A stretch of DNA of 64,000 nucleotides. Origin: Mizuhopecten yessoensis (Eukaryota). A program made the translations under genes and the position numbers. How positions within the stretch are numbered: position 1 is the stretch's first letter; each line of letters opens with the position of its first letter. Below the pieces are notes generated by a model. That model ran no database searches and was not told the origin of the DNA. It was given only the letters and a program-made list of their open reading frames with translations. Shown piece after piece: positions 37,716-50,109 of the stretch. Where the stretch lies: NCBI RefSeq assembly GCF_002113885.1, contig NW_018407257.1, positions 79,945 to 143,944 on the forward strand, written 5' to 3'.

Positions 37716-37891
37716 AGGAATATGTGACTTGCCACACATGTCGATCACCCGACACCCTCCTTCAAAAAGACACGCGACTGTTCTTCCTACAGTGTGAAAC
37801 GTGTGGATCAAGGTGTTCTGTGGCTAGTATCAAATCAGGATTCCAGGCCGTCACAGGCAAACGTGCTGCAATTCGTGCTAAGACTGCGTAA
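37716..37891 (+). CDS. EIF2S2: eIF2 beta, exon 9 (C2-C2 zinc ribbon, terminal)
   Basis: [58 protein letters not shown]. Spliced total 330 aa. Confidence 0.97.
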
Positions 37892-39634
37892 GATTATAAA
37901 AAATGGACACAAAAAGATGTGCAAAGAAAATACAAATAAACATACACTTCATTGCATAGGAATACACATAGGGAACATCATCAGTGACTACTAGTTCTTT
38001 GTGAAAAATTCAATTGTATGGAAATTAAATTAAATTAGTTTTTCCAGCATTTGTGTAATTCTCTTTAAAGTTATAATTCTAAATATTACGTTTGTGGAAT
38101 AACACGTCCTTGTGATCAATTCTATTGGCTCCACCTAAGAAGTTTCTTGAATTCGGCAATTTAGGTAATTTAGGTTCGCAGGTTTATGGTGTTGAAGAGA
38201 AGAAATAACCCATGTTGTTTATTATATCGAGTGTATGTGATCCGTTGTATGCTTGGAAGATCAATTGGAACTTTCTGATGCATATCCATTTCATACTCAA
38301 TGAAGCATGGCAGAATATTTATGATTATTGCAATTAAAACGTAATTCATTTGTTTTGTGGCATTTGTTTTTCTGTACCATTCTTAATTAAGGAAAGGATG
38401 GGGATAATATTATTATAACAACTTGTATGTAATAGTGTTGGTTCCCCTGTTTTAAACCATTTCTTCTCATCATAAAGTTACCCACATACATATATCATGC
38501 TTAGTCGCAAAGGGCTTGTGAGGTTATTAAATGATGCATCATCAGTTGTATATCTGGCAAGTCCCAAATTGCAGTCTTTAAGAATAATGACTTTCAAGTT
38601 TGTTTAAATAAATTACTTTTTCCCACTTGCCAGGTCACAGGGATCAATATGTTAAAATCTTCAAACAACTTTCATATAAAAGTTAAGAGTATTGATATTT
38701 GGCCTCTTAGCTTGATAGTGTGAATGGCGATCTGTTTTAAAAATAAATTTACTTTACCAACTTGACAAGATACAAGAAACTTTATTTAAAGTTGCATGCA
38801 TGTAAACAAAGAACATTTGCTCCTGAGAGCTATTATTGCGACAAACATGTCAAATAACAATAACACATTCTATCACAAGTAAAGGGAGATAATCACATAT
38901 ACACTATTATGGTATTTTGAACTTCTGATTGTTCATTATCATGTTAACATTGCGTGTCACTGTGTCAAATGTTTTATAAAAGTTAAAACGATGTTTTTTT
39001 TCAAAGGTACTTAAGGCCTTAAACAACCTAGAACTCCACGCTACATTGTGTCATTGACGGATATGTTTTCTCCCATAACAACAATAGGTTTCCTTGCCCC
39101 CTACCTATCGGATCAAATTGCTAGGAATTGGTAAACACTGGTTAACTTTCATCAACCTTTGACCAACCGATGTCTTGACGTTATTTCATCGGTCAAACTT
39201 CTAATTGCGACGTCGTTATCTTCTATTGTAACATCAACTCATATTAAACCGCAAGTATCCCCCCCATCGGAAACAGGAATAATTTTCGCTGTGAAATGCA
39301 TTATCAATTATGCATTTCACAGTAATATATGGTGAATCTAGATATCATATGAGCGTACTGAGAAAACGGCCGGTAAACCTGGTGTCTATACAATTTGAAA
39401 GTTAACTAACTCTTGTCAAAATTGTTCCGAAACGTGTGGAAAACGGTGAAAAAGGGAAAGATTTTCATATCTTATTCTACAAGGTCTTCATAAGGTAATA
39501 GATCATTCATAACGTTTGGCCACAACAGATTATTTTATTTCACATTTAAGCTAGTATTTTATCTTACCAGTGCCAGAATAGACTACAGCTTACCTTGGGC
39601 ACTGATGGTTCGCAAACAGAGACAACCACCTTAG

Positions 39635-40148
39635 AAACAAGAGTACGGCAGGGCAGAACAATATACGCCCGTCAAATGACATATAGTGTTATATACTTTC
39701 TTACATTGAAATAAGATCTGCATCATTCTAAGAGTGGTTAGCTGACTGGAGAAGAAAATCTCGCGGACAAAAAATCAAATACTGAAATGAACAAAGGGCA
39801 ATAACTTGCAAAGATCGGCGAATCAAATACTTTTAAGGGAGACACAACTTCATATCATGATTATAATGTATACTAAGTTTCAAAGAGATCCGTCGAAAAA
39901 TGTAGAAGGAAATCTCCGGACAAAAAATCAAATACTGAAATGAACCAAGGGCAATAACTTTATGAAAACTTATCGAATCAAAATTCTTTTAAGGGAGACA
40001 CAACTTTATATCATGATACAATGTATACCATGTTTCAAAGAGATCGGTTGAAAAATGTAGGAGGCATTGCCGGACAAACAAAAGTTTACGCCGGACAGAC
40101 GGACAACCCAATACCTTAATACTTCCGTCAAATGACGGACGTATAAAA
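39635..40148 (+). mobile_element. HINE-type element with an internal ~140-bp tandem repeat
   Basis: AACAAGAG start, duplicated GGACAAAAAATCAAATACTGAAATGAAC core, GGACAGACGGAC, terminal CCGTCAAATGACGG palindrome. Confidence 0.7.
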
Positions 40149-41438
40149 ACAATAGAAATATGATTATATGAATACAATCTGTACAATCAAGAGATCAGAA
40201 ATTGTTTTTTTTTTAAATTTCATCGATGCCGTAATATTTACATAAACAGTTCAGGAATATAAGTGTTTCAAATGGAATTCAGCTTGTAAATAATTCTCTT
40301 TCTTAATTTGTCTTGCCTTGTAGAAATTAATAATTGATGTCGAAGACTGTTTGTACACATGAGCGTATATATATAAAAAATAAGAATAAAAACCGGATCA
40401 CTTTCGATTGGTGCATACATTTATTTACTTGTGTATATATTACAATATGTGGATCCTCCTAGATAAACATACAGAAGTAAATAATAATAATAATAATAAA
40501 ACTTTATTCATGAGGATAAAATAACCTGTTTAGCCGAGGCTAATCTTCCACGGGGTCCTCTTGTTAGTAAAACATGGTAGGTTTTAAAATACATGGTTAT
40601 TTGGTTACTAACAAAATATGTTATAAGATTTATGATACACTTATCACAGATACATATTTAAAATTATCACAAAATGCACAAGGGTTCAAGCATATAAAGT
40701 AGCATTAAAAGATATGAGTCCCATATACATAAATAATATAGTAAAGTTTAAAAATTGACACAATTATATGCTAATATAGCAGAGAGAAAAACATATTTCC
40801 AGCATTGGAAAGAATCCATTTTTTATTATTATTTAAGGGTCCAAATTATGGGGTGCTATTTTGGAACATAGAAAAAGCAGTTTCATTCTTATTTTCATTT
40901 GAAAAATTGTAGAAAGTCATGGACATACCTTATCATTTACTACATCTTAGCGCTTCAATACCATCTCTAATTACGCAAACATAACTTCTCCTCTATTCCT
41001 TATTATACAAATGGTCACGATTCACGGCAGGTCTGTACCCCGATTTAAATATACTGTAGTAAGAGGTTGACATTTTCGCAAGTTTAACAATATATGATGG
41101 ATACAAAGACGGTGAAACGGGTGGAATATTTCGTTCGGAGTATTCAAACCGAGAGGTCAACTCAACTAAAATAAAGGTCAATTGATGATCACTTGTCAAG
41201 AGTTTTCATGTCTTCCTAATCTCGTCAATTAAATGTGGAATACCACCAATCACAAGATTGGAAAACCAACGCACCGTCACTCATTAAAAATAACCCTCAT
41301 ATAAGTATCCTCTGGGAAAATAACTACAGATAAGAATATCTGATAATTTCTGGAGGTTGTGCGCTTCACAGTTCAGACCAATACATGACAACGTAATAGA
41401 TGGTGATTTCGATTCCTACGTCATAACACAGAATACGA

Positions 41439-41793
41439 CATCCTCGATACTGCAGTGGTAACGCTCACTTTCGCTCTCTGTACCCCTGGAATAAGTCCTA
41501 GCAAAGTTGAAGGCTCATTGTATACCACCTTGTAAATGAGACGAGAAGACTAGTTTGATCCTTTGATGTACACCAAAAAAATATGTCGGTCGCGTAACGG
41601 TAAACTTGACTTGCTTTGAAGTTGGGTGTCGCTCCTCTGTAATCTTCAAAGAACAGGTATCAGCCTTACCGATTGGTCAGGGTTTTTTCCTGAGACCAAT
41701 CAAATAGCTAGCCGTGTGCCTTCAATTTTGCTATGAAAAATTCCAGGGGTGCAGAGAGCGAAAGTGAGCGTAACCAATGGAGTATCGAGCATG
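41439..41793. mobile_element. Long-TIR MITE (CATCCTCGATAC family) just downstream of the TNFR stop codon
   Basis: CATCCTCGATACT..ACGCTCACTTTCGCTCTCTG..CCCCTGGAAT and its inverted copy at the right end; same family at 48538-48752. Confidence 0.75.
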
Positions 41794-41882
41794 GGGATTA
41801 GATTGCTTTATAAGTCCGTGGTCGTACTATCGAGGTTTGACCCCATGAACACATTTGATCCGAATTTTACTCTCGCGTGACG

Positions 41883-42151
41883 TCACACATCAGTTTCTCT
41901 GTCATCTTCACTGTCGTCGTCATCATCATCGTCGTCGTCGTTGTTGAAGACAGACGGATATTTGTTTCTGAGATGCGCTATCACGTTGTGGAAATCTAGA
42001 ATATACAAGGCGGCAAGAAGTTTACCAGGCGTGGCGGCGTCACCTCCCCGATGTTTCCATTCCAGCAAGCCCTCGTGCATTTTCTCTCTCGTCGAGCTCA
42101 CCTCACTATCCAGTTGTTTAGTGTAAGTATAAGCCTGCTTGTCGCCGATAC
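41883..42151 (-). CDS. TNFR death receptor, exon 6 (death domain and acidic tail, terminal)
   Basis: GIGDKQAY...REKMHEGLLEWKHRGGDAATPGKLLAALYILDFHNVIAHL has the death-domain signature L-x-x-W...AT-x-x-x-L-x-x-AL; poly-Asp tail. Spliced total 470 aa. Confidence 0.9.
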
Positions 42152-42852
42152 CTAGTGTCAGGAGGTAAATATCAATTAAAAAAACACCCAAAAACCACTT
42201 TATTTTCAACTGTTGCCTTATCGGTTGATGCAGAATACCAACGTATGTGCAGCGTTTTCTGGTGCACTTTTTTTCCAAGTGCATTATTACAGATATCATG
42301 ACATAATGATATTCTTTCAGTTTTTTTATCGCTAGAGTAAACGAGAAATTATTATTTTACTTAGGCAGGAATGAAACGACATAGGCGCAATTTAGTTCAA
42401 GAACTCCTGGTACACATTTGTTTTAGGAAGATATACACAATAACACCAGAACAGCATTTTACAGAGTTAATATACCTCACAAGGCGTCACCCCACATACT
42501 CTAAATCACTATCTCCCATACCGTATACAATAATTCAACCAAGGATTGCCAAACCGGAACACATTATTGTAATTTGTCAATGGTCTCGGTGTAATTTTTT
42601 CTTTTCGTCCACATATTGCTGTTAGTTTTATCGATTTTGAGTTAGAATTAACGGCTTTACGGTATTATTTCGTAGAATATGCCCCATATCACCCAATGCC
42701 TGTGTATAACTCGATGTTGATTGTGCTTTAAGCACTAACGTGGCAGCATTTCATGAAATATCTCTCTTATAAACGGATCGTCACACATATGTACAGATCT
42801 AGCGCTCAGCAATATTCCGGTACAGGAACAATACAAAGATACCACAACTTAC

Positions 42853-43115
42853 CGATAAACAACCGCGTGATGAGGGATTTCCAGTGTGGGGAGAGTTTCC
42901 GTGCCATGAAGCTGAATACAGAATCGTACAGAGCCTCCCATCTGTCGTCATGGGCAGACGACCACTGGAGGTTGAGTGTGGACCTGCTGTCCCTGTGGCG
43001 CCCTCCGTAGCACCCCCAGTGTTGTCCGTCGATCGTCAGTAAGGACCCGTTTGTGGACTTGTCTCCCACCTCGCTGATCGGGCGCATAGACCGCATTGAA
43101 CGGGTTGTCCTCGAC
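42853..43115 (-). CDS. TNFR death receptor, exon 5
   Basis: RSRTTRSMRSMRPISE...LYDSVFSFMARKLSPHWKSLITRLFI, the start of the death domain; phase 2-1. Confidence 0.88.
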
Positions 43116-43959
43116 CTGTAACGATAAAGTATTCATTGTGGAACATACGTGGAACAGGGATATGGCCCTTATTATACGAAGTACTGTATTTTTTTTATTA
43201 TATAAATACTCCATTGTATGGGGTAATGGTGACATCGGAGGGGGGATTTAGGCACTGCCGCCTTTTCCTGTATTCAATATATACTTTGTTGCATCAAAGG
43301 TCCAAACCAAATATTTAAAAAAAGTAAAAAATATTGTATTCAAATCAACCACAACAGCAATAAATGCTAATTGTTCATCATAAAATCGAAGTGATATCGA
43401 AGCCCGATTTGAATTTTATTCTGTTGATGCAGAAAGCCAAAAAGTTAAAATTTTACTAAACGATACATCCATTTTCTCATTTAAACGCCCATCAAAGTAT
43501 TTCGCCAAGTATTTATCAATATAACGAAAGAGGAAGTGCCTATTAAACTGTTTTCAACTTTTGGATGAAGCAGATACTATATTTATCATTTAACAAGGAT
43601 TTCATGAAAATCGTGGCAGAATGATTTCCAGCTACAAAGTTGCGACCACCGTAGTGGACTAATAGTCAACCACCTTGTTGTGTGAAATAATAATCAGAAG
43701 AAATAAGAAGCGGAATGAGGAATCAGCTGTTTAACACATTAGTATGCCGATGCTGTCAGCCAAGCAACGTGAAGAGATTACTGGTCCATATCTCCTCCGT
43801 TAATGATTCAGCAGTGGAAATAAAGGTCGAAAGAACGAAAATCGATCTCTGTTCCAAAACATATGCATAGTATACAAATAAAACACAGCTAAAGGGAACT
43901 GTGACTAAAAGGCTAGGAGTGCAGAATTCCTTGTCTGATGTTACCAGTCTCACAGACAC

Positions 43960-44428
43960 GAGAAATAGTCATCGGCTTGGTCTTACACAGAGGGGAAACC
44001 TGGGAAATAATAATCGAGGGAAAAGACTCAGAAAATAGTCACCGCAGCTTGGTCTTACACCGAAGGAAAGCTTCGGGAAATAGTCACCGGTTTGGTCTTA
44101 CACCGAGGGGAAAGCTTCGGGAAATAGTCACCGGTTTGGTCCTACACCGAGGGGAAAGCTTCGGGAAATAGTCACCGACTTGGTCTTACACCGAAGGAAA
44201 GCTTCGGGAAATAGTCACCGGCTTGGTCTTACATAGAGGGGGAACCTGGGAAATAGTAATCGGTTTAGTCTTAAACCAAGGGAAAAGACTCAGGAAATAG
44301 TCACCGCGGCTTGGTCTTACACCGAAGGAAAGCTTCGGGAAATAGTCACCGACTTGGTCTTACACCGAGGGAAAAGCTTCGGGAAAAAGTCACCGGTTTG
44401 GTCTTACACCGAGGGGATATCTGGGAAA
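43960..44428. repeat. ~44-bp tandem repeat in TNFR intron 4
   Basis: GGGAAATAGTCACCGGTTTGGTCTTACACCGAGGGGAAAGCTTC. Confidence 0.93.
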
Positions 44429-44626
44429 GAGATTTATCACCAAAGGAAGACAGTTTTGATCTGATTAATAAAGCTTGAACAGCAATATTGTTTTTATTGC
44501 AAGGGTGTTAATTACTTTTTCGATGGATCAGTGTTAGACAAAATGTTAGCAATGAACAATGTGTCTCGACCAATCAGACAGGATAGCACTAATGTCACAT
44601 AAAGTGTTATCGTATATTATACTGAC

Positions 44627-44879
44627 CTCATACTTGGGGAAAGGCTGGAGGCGTCACTGAAGTAGAAGGAGGACAAACCATCATGGGCGTAGGCGTACTG
44701 TAGCGAGGAGTGGTCTGTGTACAGGTGGGAGGCGTTCAGGGTCCCATTCATACCCTTCATCACGTGGTACTTCTGTCGCCAGCAGTATAGCTTGATTAGC
44801 ACTAGAATCAGCACGAACAGCACGATGGCAAACACCAGCACCAGCACGACAACCAGGGGGGAATCTGGTCCTCGTATAG
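44627..44879 (-). CDS. TNFR death receptor, exon 4 (transmembrane)
   Basis: AIRGPDSPLVVVLVLVFAIVLFVLILVLIKLYCWRQK: transmembrane helix followed by basic stop-transfer residues; phase 1-2. Confidence 0.9.
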
Positions 44880-45438
44880 CTACAATGGGAAGTACAATAT
44901 ACACTCGAGCATAAAAACCAGGGGAAAATCAGGTCCTCGTATAGCTACAATGGAAGTACAAGGACGAAAACCAGGTTTAATCTCGTCCGCAGACATTTAT
45001 AATTAAAAGAACAAATTACGCACCAGCACGACAACCAGGGAAATTCGGCCCATGTACAGCATTAATTCGATGTATAGGATTCACAACAATTGCAAGAGTT
45101 TTAATTATGGTTTTATTTCTCCTCGGCAATTTGGTGAAAAGGGATTTCATCGAAGACGAATATATAAAGGGCAAAAAGGGTCCCTATTCTTTACCTAAGA
45201 TACTTGGACTCATGACATCATTTCTTTTAATTTGTTTGTTAGCCTCCTACCTTCCCTTTTTTTGCATTCTCGTGTCGAATTTAAGCTCTGGTGTTGTTCT
45301 TTTTTCGTTTAAGTTGATAACTTATTATCCAAGGAAAAGTATTTTTGTCATTCTATGTTGCTTTTTAAACTTCAAATAGTCAAAGTGGGTTCTTAAAAAG
45401 TGACTCAATGTTGGCATACCTAGGTGTCTATAGCTCAC

Positions 45439-45645
45439 CTTCTATTCCAAGTGATTTGTTCCGACTTAAGTCGTCGGAACTCCACTGTATTCCACATACA
45501 GTATTGTGAGTGACGTCACACTCTAACAGGACCTCGTACGCCCCGCACGTGCTGCAGCTCTGACACCGTTCAGTAGCAGACGATACGTCGGAATACGTGC
45601 AACTAGGACGGCACGACTCACAAATGGTATTGTTTGTCTTGGAAC
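45439..45645 (-). CDS. TNFR death receptor, exon 3 (cysteine-rich domain)
   Basis: GSKTNNTICESCRPSCTYSDVSSATERCQSCSTCGAYEVLLECDVTHNTVCG...; 207 nt, phase 1-1. Translated by hand, not in the ORF track. Confidence 0.92.
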
Positions 45646-46444
45646 CTTGAGTTAAGGAAGGAAAAATTTAAAAAAAGAAGATTTTAATTGAAGTTTTTTC
45701 AAACAAATCCTTTAAAAAGATTAATACCACATTTCCAGCACTGCAAATTATAAAGGCGTTATTGTGTGACATTACTTTGAGCAAAGCTTTTCACGTGATT
45801 ACAGTAACTGAACGTATACACAAGATTTTGCCATGGAAACGGCTGGCTTCAGGTAAGTAATTTCGTTGTATTTTTTCAAACCAGCGATATAAAGCACATC
45901 CCCCTACAAAACATGGTCAACCATTGTCACGTGGCCAAATGCTCAGTAAAGCCAAAAATCATAAGTAGTGGTAGTTTCGTACAGTCACGTACGTATTTTG
46001 ATTTATATGCTTAAGTCAAAACCCCAGTGCTGATTTGTGAATATACATCTTCTCAGGTGAGATGTCTATATAATGTTTCAATATTATATTTTGACAAAAA
46101 TTATTTCGCTTTGCCTGCTAATAGTAGATGTATATCGTTCACATTGATATTTGAAATAGCAGTGTACACGCTAGCATTTTCAGAATATATTTTCGGTTTG
46201 CAAGTCCAGAGAAGTTTAGTAACTTTCCACTTCTTAAATGATATTGTAATTTGTTTTGTTGAAGATCTTTTTTAGATCAACCAATTAAAACGTCGGATTA
46301 GAAGTAATGAATTGTTGGTGATTGCTTTTCCAGCTTTGTGATAGGTTGAACATTTTAAGTTCAGGAAGGGGAGATAACTGTAGCTTCTCGCGCCTTACAA
46401 CACGAATCCAATACAGTTCGTTAGCAATATTAACATTGACTCAC

Positions 46445-46790
46445 CAAGTCGCGAGACTCCGTACCCTTTGTCACATTTGGTGTGAGGGAAACAAGCCTCA
46501 AAGTTGCCTTTTTTTCGTCGGCTGTAGTAGTAACCATCAGGGCATTCACAAATGGCATCCGACATACCGGAACAAGGGGAGGTAACTACCATACGCATGA
46601 CGGAGCATGCCACGGAACAGGGATGACACGTGTCCGCCCTGTTGTAAGTGTCTGAGTAATAATTGTCTGGACACATCCGACAACTGGCCACGTGGTAATT
46701 CTCCGTACAGTCCGCACTCCAATACGTCCCAGGTGGACACTTCAGGCACGTAATTCCCGCCATCGTTACATATGTCAAATTCGACCAGCT
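46445..46790 (-). CDS. TNFR death receptor, exon 2 (cysteine-rich domains)
   Basis: CLKCPPGTYWSADC...CRMCPDNYYSDTYNRADTCHPCS...CECPDGYY...CFPHTKCDKGYGV: TNFR cysteine-rich-domain pattern. Confidence 0.95.
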
Positions 46791-47118
46791 CTAAAGGAAG
46801 GAAATAGAGTAACAGAGAGGTTGTTATTGTTGTTGTTGTTATTTATCATCAATCAAAATCAATCAAAATATATTGTTTTGGTGATTAATTGTCCAAACTA
46901 AATGACTCCATATTTTTTTCGTTTATTTTTTAAAACTTTCTTATCATGGAAAAAGGATCCTCTCTAGACACTAGCTATCCCGTTGATTAAAAAAGACAGC
47001 TTCTTGAAAACGGTTTTCCCGCTTTAAACCAATTTCCAACCTAGTCGCACATACTCGGAACTTTCCGACAAGTTTTCCGGAAAGACCCGAACTTGATTTT
47101 AACATTACTGATACTTAC

Positions 47119-47193
47119 GGAGTTGAAGGCGCTGGTGACAAACATTTGGTACAGGAGAGTGATCAATATAAACCGCTGAATTTGCCAAATCAT
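47119..47193 (-). CDS. TNF receptor superfamily death receptor, exon 1 (signal peptide)
   Basis: MIWQIQRFILITLLYQMFVTSAFNS hydrophobic leader; GTAAGT donor, phase 0, joins the cysteine-rich exon. Confidence 0.7.
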
Positions 47194-48204
47194 CTGACAA
47201 ATTTGGATTAGAAATCTGCAAGTAAACAAATATATATATATATACATATTTCATTTATAATTAGACTGGATTACCTGCCGTAATACCATTTCTGTCCGCT
47301 AGGCTCTGCTCTTTGATACATTTGTGTTTTCGAAGCGAAGCATGTCAGAGTGTGGAAAAACTAGGGCAGGCAATCCAGTATAATAACCGAACTACACACA
47401 TTGATATACAGTCAAGTCTAACATCGCCTGCTGGGTAACCGAACTAATCGGGTACGTATACTGAAACTGGTGTTAACCCACTCAAACAATCCAGTTTAAT
47501 TTGGTCCTGATATGCTATTTGTAGCAAAAGATGTTCTTTCTCAACTCCAAAAATATTGTTATCATTTAAAGAAAAGATGGCTCTTCTGATAACATAAAAT
47601 AAAGTTAAAAGATTTTCCAATTCTGGTATCTTGATATCACATGACACTTAAGCCCAACAATTACAAAATGTACTAAACTTTGTAAGGTTGTACTAAAGGT
47701 GAGCTGAATTGAACCTGTGCTTTTTGTGGTTCATCACTATTTGGATTTTGTTTAACTAGAAACTGTTATGAAGCCATTGTCTGTAATTTTCCTTTCTAAT
47801 GACTGTAAAACGATTAAGTCTATACGAAATGACAGAGGTAACTCATCAACTGTTTCTGTTAGGATGATTGTATTGTATTAGTACTAGACTATAATTAAAA
47901 CGCCTTTAGAATTATTAATAACTGTCGTGCAAATGTAACATAACTTGATTACGAGTTCAATTCTCATGAACATGTCCTACTTCAATGTTTAAAATTAGTT
48001 TCTACGGGGAGTGTCATTTATGAGAGCATAACCGCCATTGCTATTTACAGCCTAAATACGTACAACTGTATCCGTTTTGTGAATACGCGACTGGAAAATA
48101 GTCATTTAAAAACATTTTTTGACGTTCCTGTCACTTTAATCAACGCTGATTCAATATGATTATATAATTCAATTAAGAAGATATCTATTCTTAAAATACA
48201 ATTG

Positions 48205-48780
48205 GGTAGTTTAGTTTGGTTTAGTATTGTTTAACGTCCTATCAACAGCTATGGTAATTTAAAGACGGCCTCACCTGTATGCAAGATGCATGCGTGTAGT
48301 CTATGCGTGTGTGTTTTGGGAGACTGCGATATGTTCGTGTTTGTCTCCTTATGATAGCGCAGAAGTGATGCTGACTTTATAGTGCTACCTCACTGAAACA
48401 TACTGCCGAAGACATCCAGCAGGACACCCCACCCGTTCACATTATACTGACAACGGGCGAACCAGTCGTCCCACTTCTAAATTGCTGAGCGCTAAGCATG
48501 AGTAGAAAAAACCATTTTTACAGACTCTGGTATGTCTCATCCTCGATACTGACGCTCACTTTCGCTCTCTACCTGATGTCATAGCAAAAAACCGTTACGT
48601 GACCGCGAGATTCTTTTGATGTACATCAAAGGATCGAACTAGTCTTCTTTTCTCATCAACAAGGTGGCGCACACTGAGCCTTCAATTTTGCTATGACATA
48701 TTCCAGGGGTGTAAAGAGCGAAAGTGAGCGTAACCCCTGGATATCGAGGATGGGTATGTCGCGGCCAGGGGACAGAACCC
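48205..48780 (-). mobile_element. tRNA-derived SINE with (AAACC)n tail, interrupted by a MITE
   Basis: Reverse complement of 49181-49495. Confidence 0.75.
48538..48752. mobile_element. CATCCTCGATA MITE nested in a SINE, 8-9-bp TSD
   Basis: Flanked by GGTATGTCT and GGTATGTCG; removing it restores the SINE sequence seen at 49181-49220. Confidence 0.8.
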
Positions 48781-49139
48781 AAAAAAAGATCAGCTTTGCA
48801 TTACATCAGCGTTGCATTATCTTTTAATTGAAGATACTATAAATAAAGACCATGCTCGCCGATAATAGCGGGGGATTTTGAATTGTAGAGGGAAAAAATC
48901 AATCATAATTGCCATTTTTACATAAAAACGAAAACATAAGCGATAAACTGAATAGATGTTGCAGACATACTGGTATAACTGCTACATGTGTCACATCCTG
49001 CAGTTAGGGCGTAAGAATTGTACCTGCTGCCCCCATTGCGTGATCGTAAGGGGCAACTTTTAAATTTGGGATCTTATCTTTTCTCTTCTTTCTAAACAGC
49101 TTTCTTCTTCCTAATGTATACCTTGACAATGCCTCACTT

Positions 49140-49495
49140 TTGGCCTTTTATTGATCGTTCGTCCCTGTGAGGAAGGCTTTGGGTTCAGTCCCCTGGCCGA
49201 GACATACCAGAGTCTGTAAAAATGGTAGTTTCAACTCCTGCCTAGCGCTCAGCAATTTAAAAGTCGGACGACTGGTTCGCCCGTTGTCAGCATAATGTGA
49301 CCGGGTGGGTGTCCTGCTGGGTGTCTTCGGCAGTGAGGTAGCACTATAAAATCGGCATCAAACACGAACATATCGCAGCCTCCCAAAACACACACGCATA
49401 GACTACACGCATGCATCTTGCACACAGGGGAGGCCGTCCTTAAATGACCATAGCTATTGATAGGACGTTAAACAATACTAAACCAAACCAAACCA
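49140..49495 (+). mobile_element. tRNA-derived SINE with (AAACC)n tail
   Basis: Degenerate B box GGGTTCAGTCCC; body shared with 48205-48780; ends GGACGTTAAACAATACTAAACCAAACCAAACC. Confidence 0.75.
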
Positions 49496-50109
49496 CAGCC
49501 AAGCTAGGCATATCACCCTATCGCGTACCATTTAATTTGTCTAAGATACACAGCGACAGTTATACCAGTTCTGCTTAATTGTGCGCATAGATTGATGACG
49601 TGTAAACTACATATTGTGTATAGATCGAAGTGGTTTATGTATATTTCGTTGTTGTGTATGATAACAACACCGTTTGAGCCTTGACATAAGTATAGAGTTG
49701 GTATTCAGAAATATTTGCAGAGTAACATATTCGATACTGCTACCATTGTCCAATACTGCAATTCATCCTGTCGCTACGTGTTGAACACACGACATAGCGT
49801 GGTGCCTAACATTGATAATCAGTGATTTATATCAGGTATACACCGACATATGCCACTAACACGTCATTGTGTTATCTACTGGTGAGCATAGAATGATTAT
49901 CTCCCTTGTTTTCCTGATCGTCGATACAGATTTTATCTATTTATAAATATGAAATAACACTCCATTTACATTCATTAAATTATATTAAAGATAAACAATA
50001 CAATTATTTTATTCGTTCTTAGATTGACAATTCTGACATTTTACAGCCAAAAATATTTCTCTCAACTTCAAAACACATATTATATGAATATAATAGCAAT
50101 GTAATCCTT

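Noticed and set aside
47216-47289. Upstream coding mini-exon MVLRQ for the TNFR gene
   Set aside because: The 59-nt intron would join it out of frame with the signal peptide; at most a 5'UTR exon or uORF.
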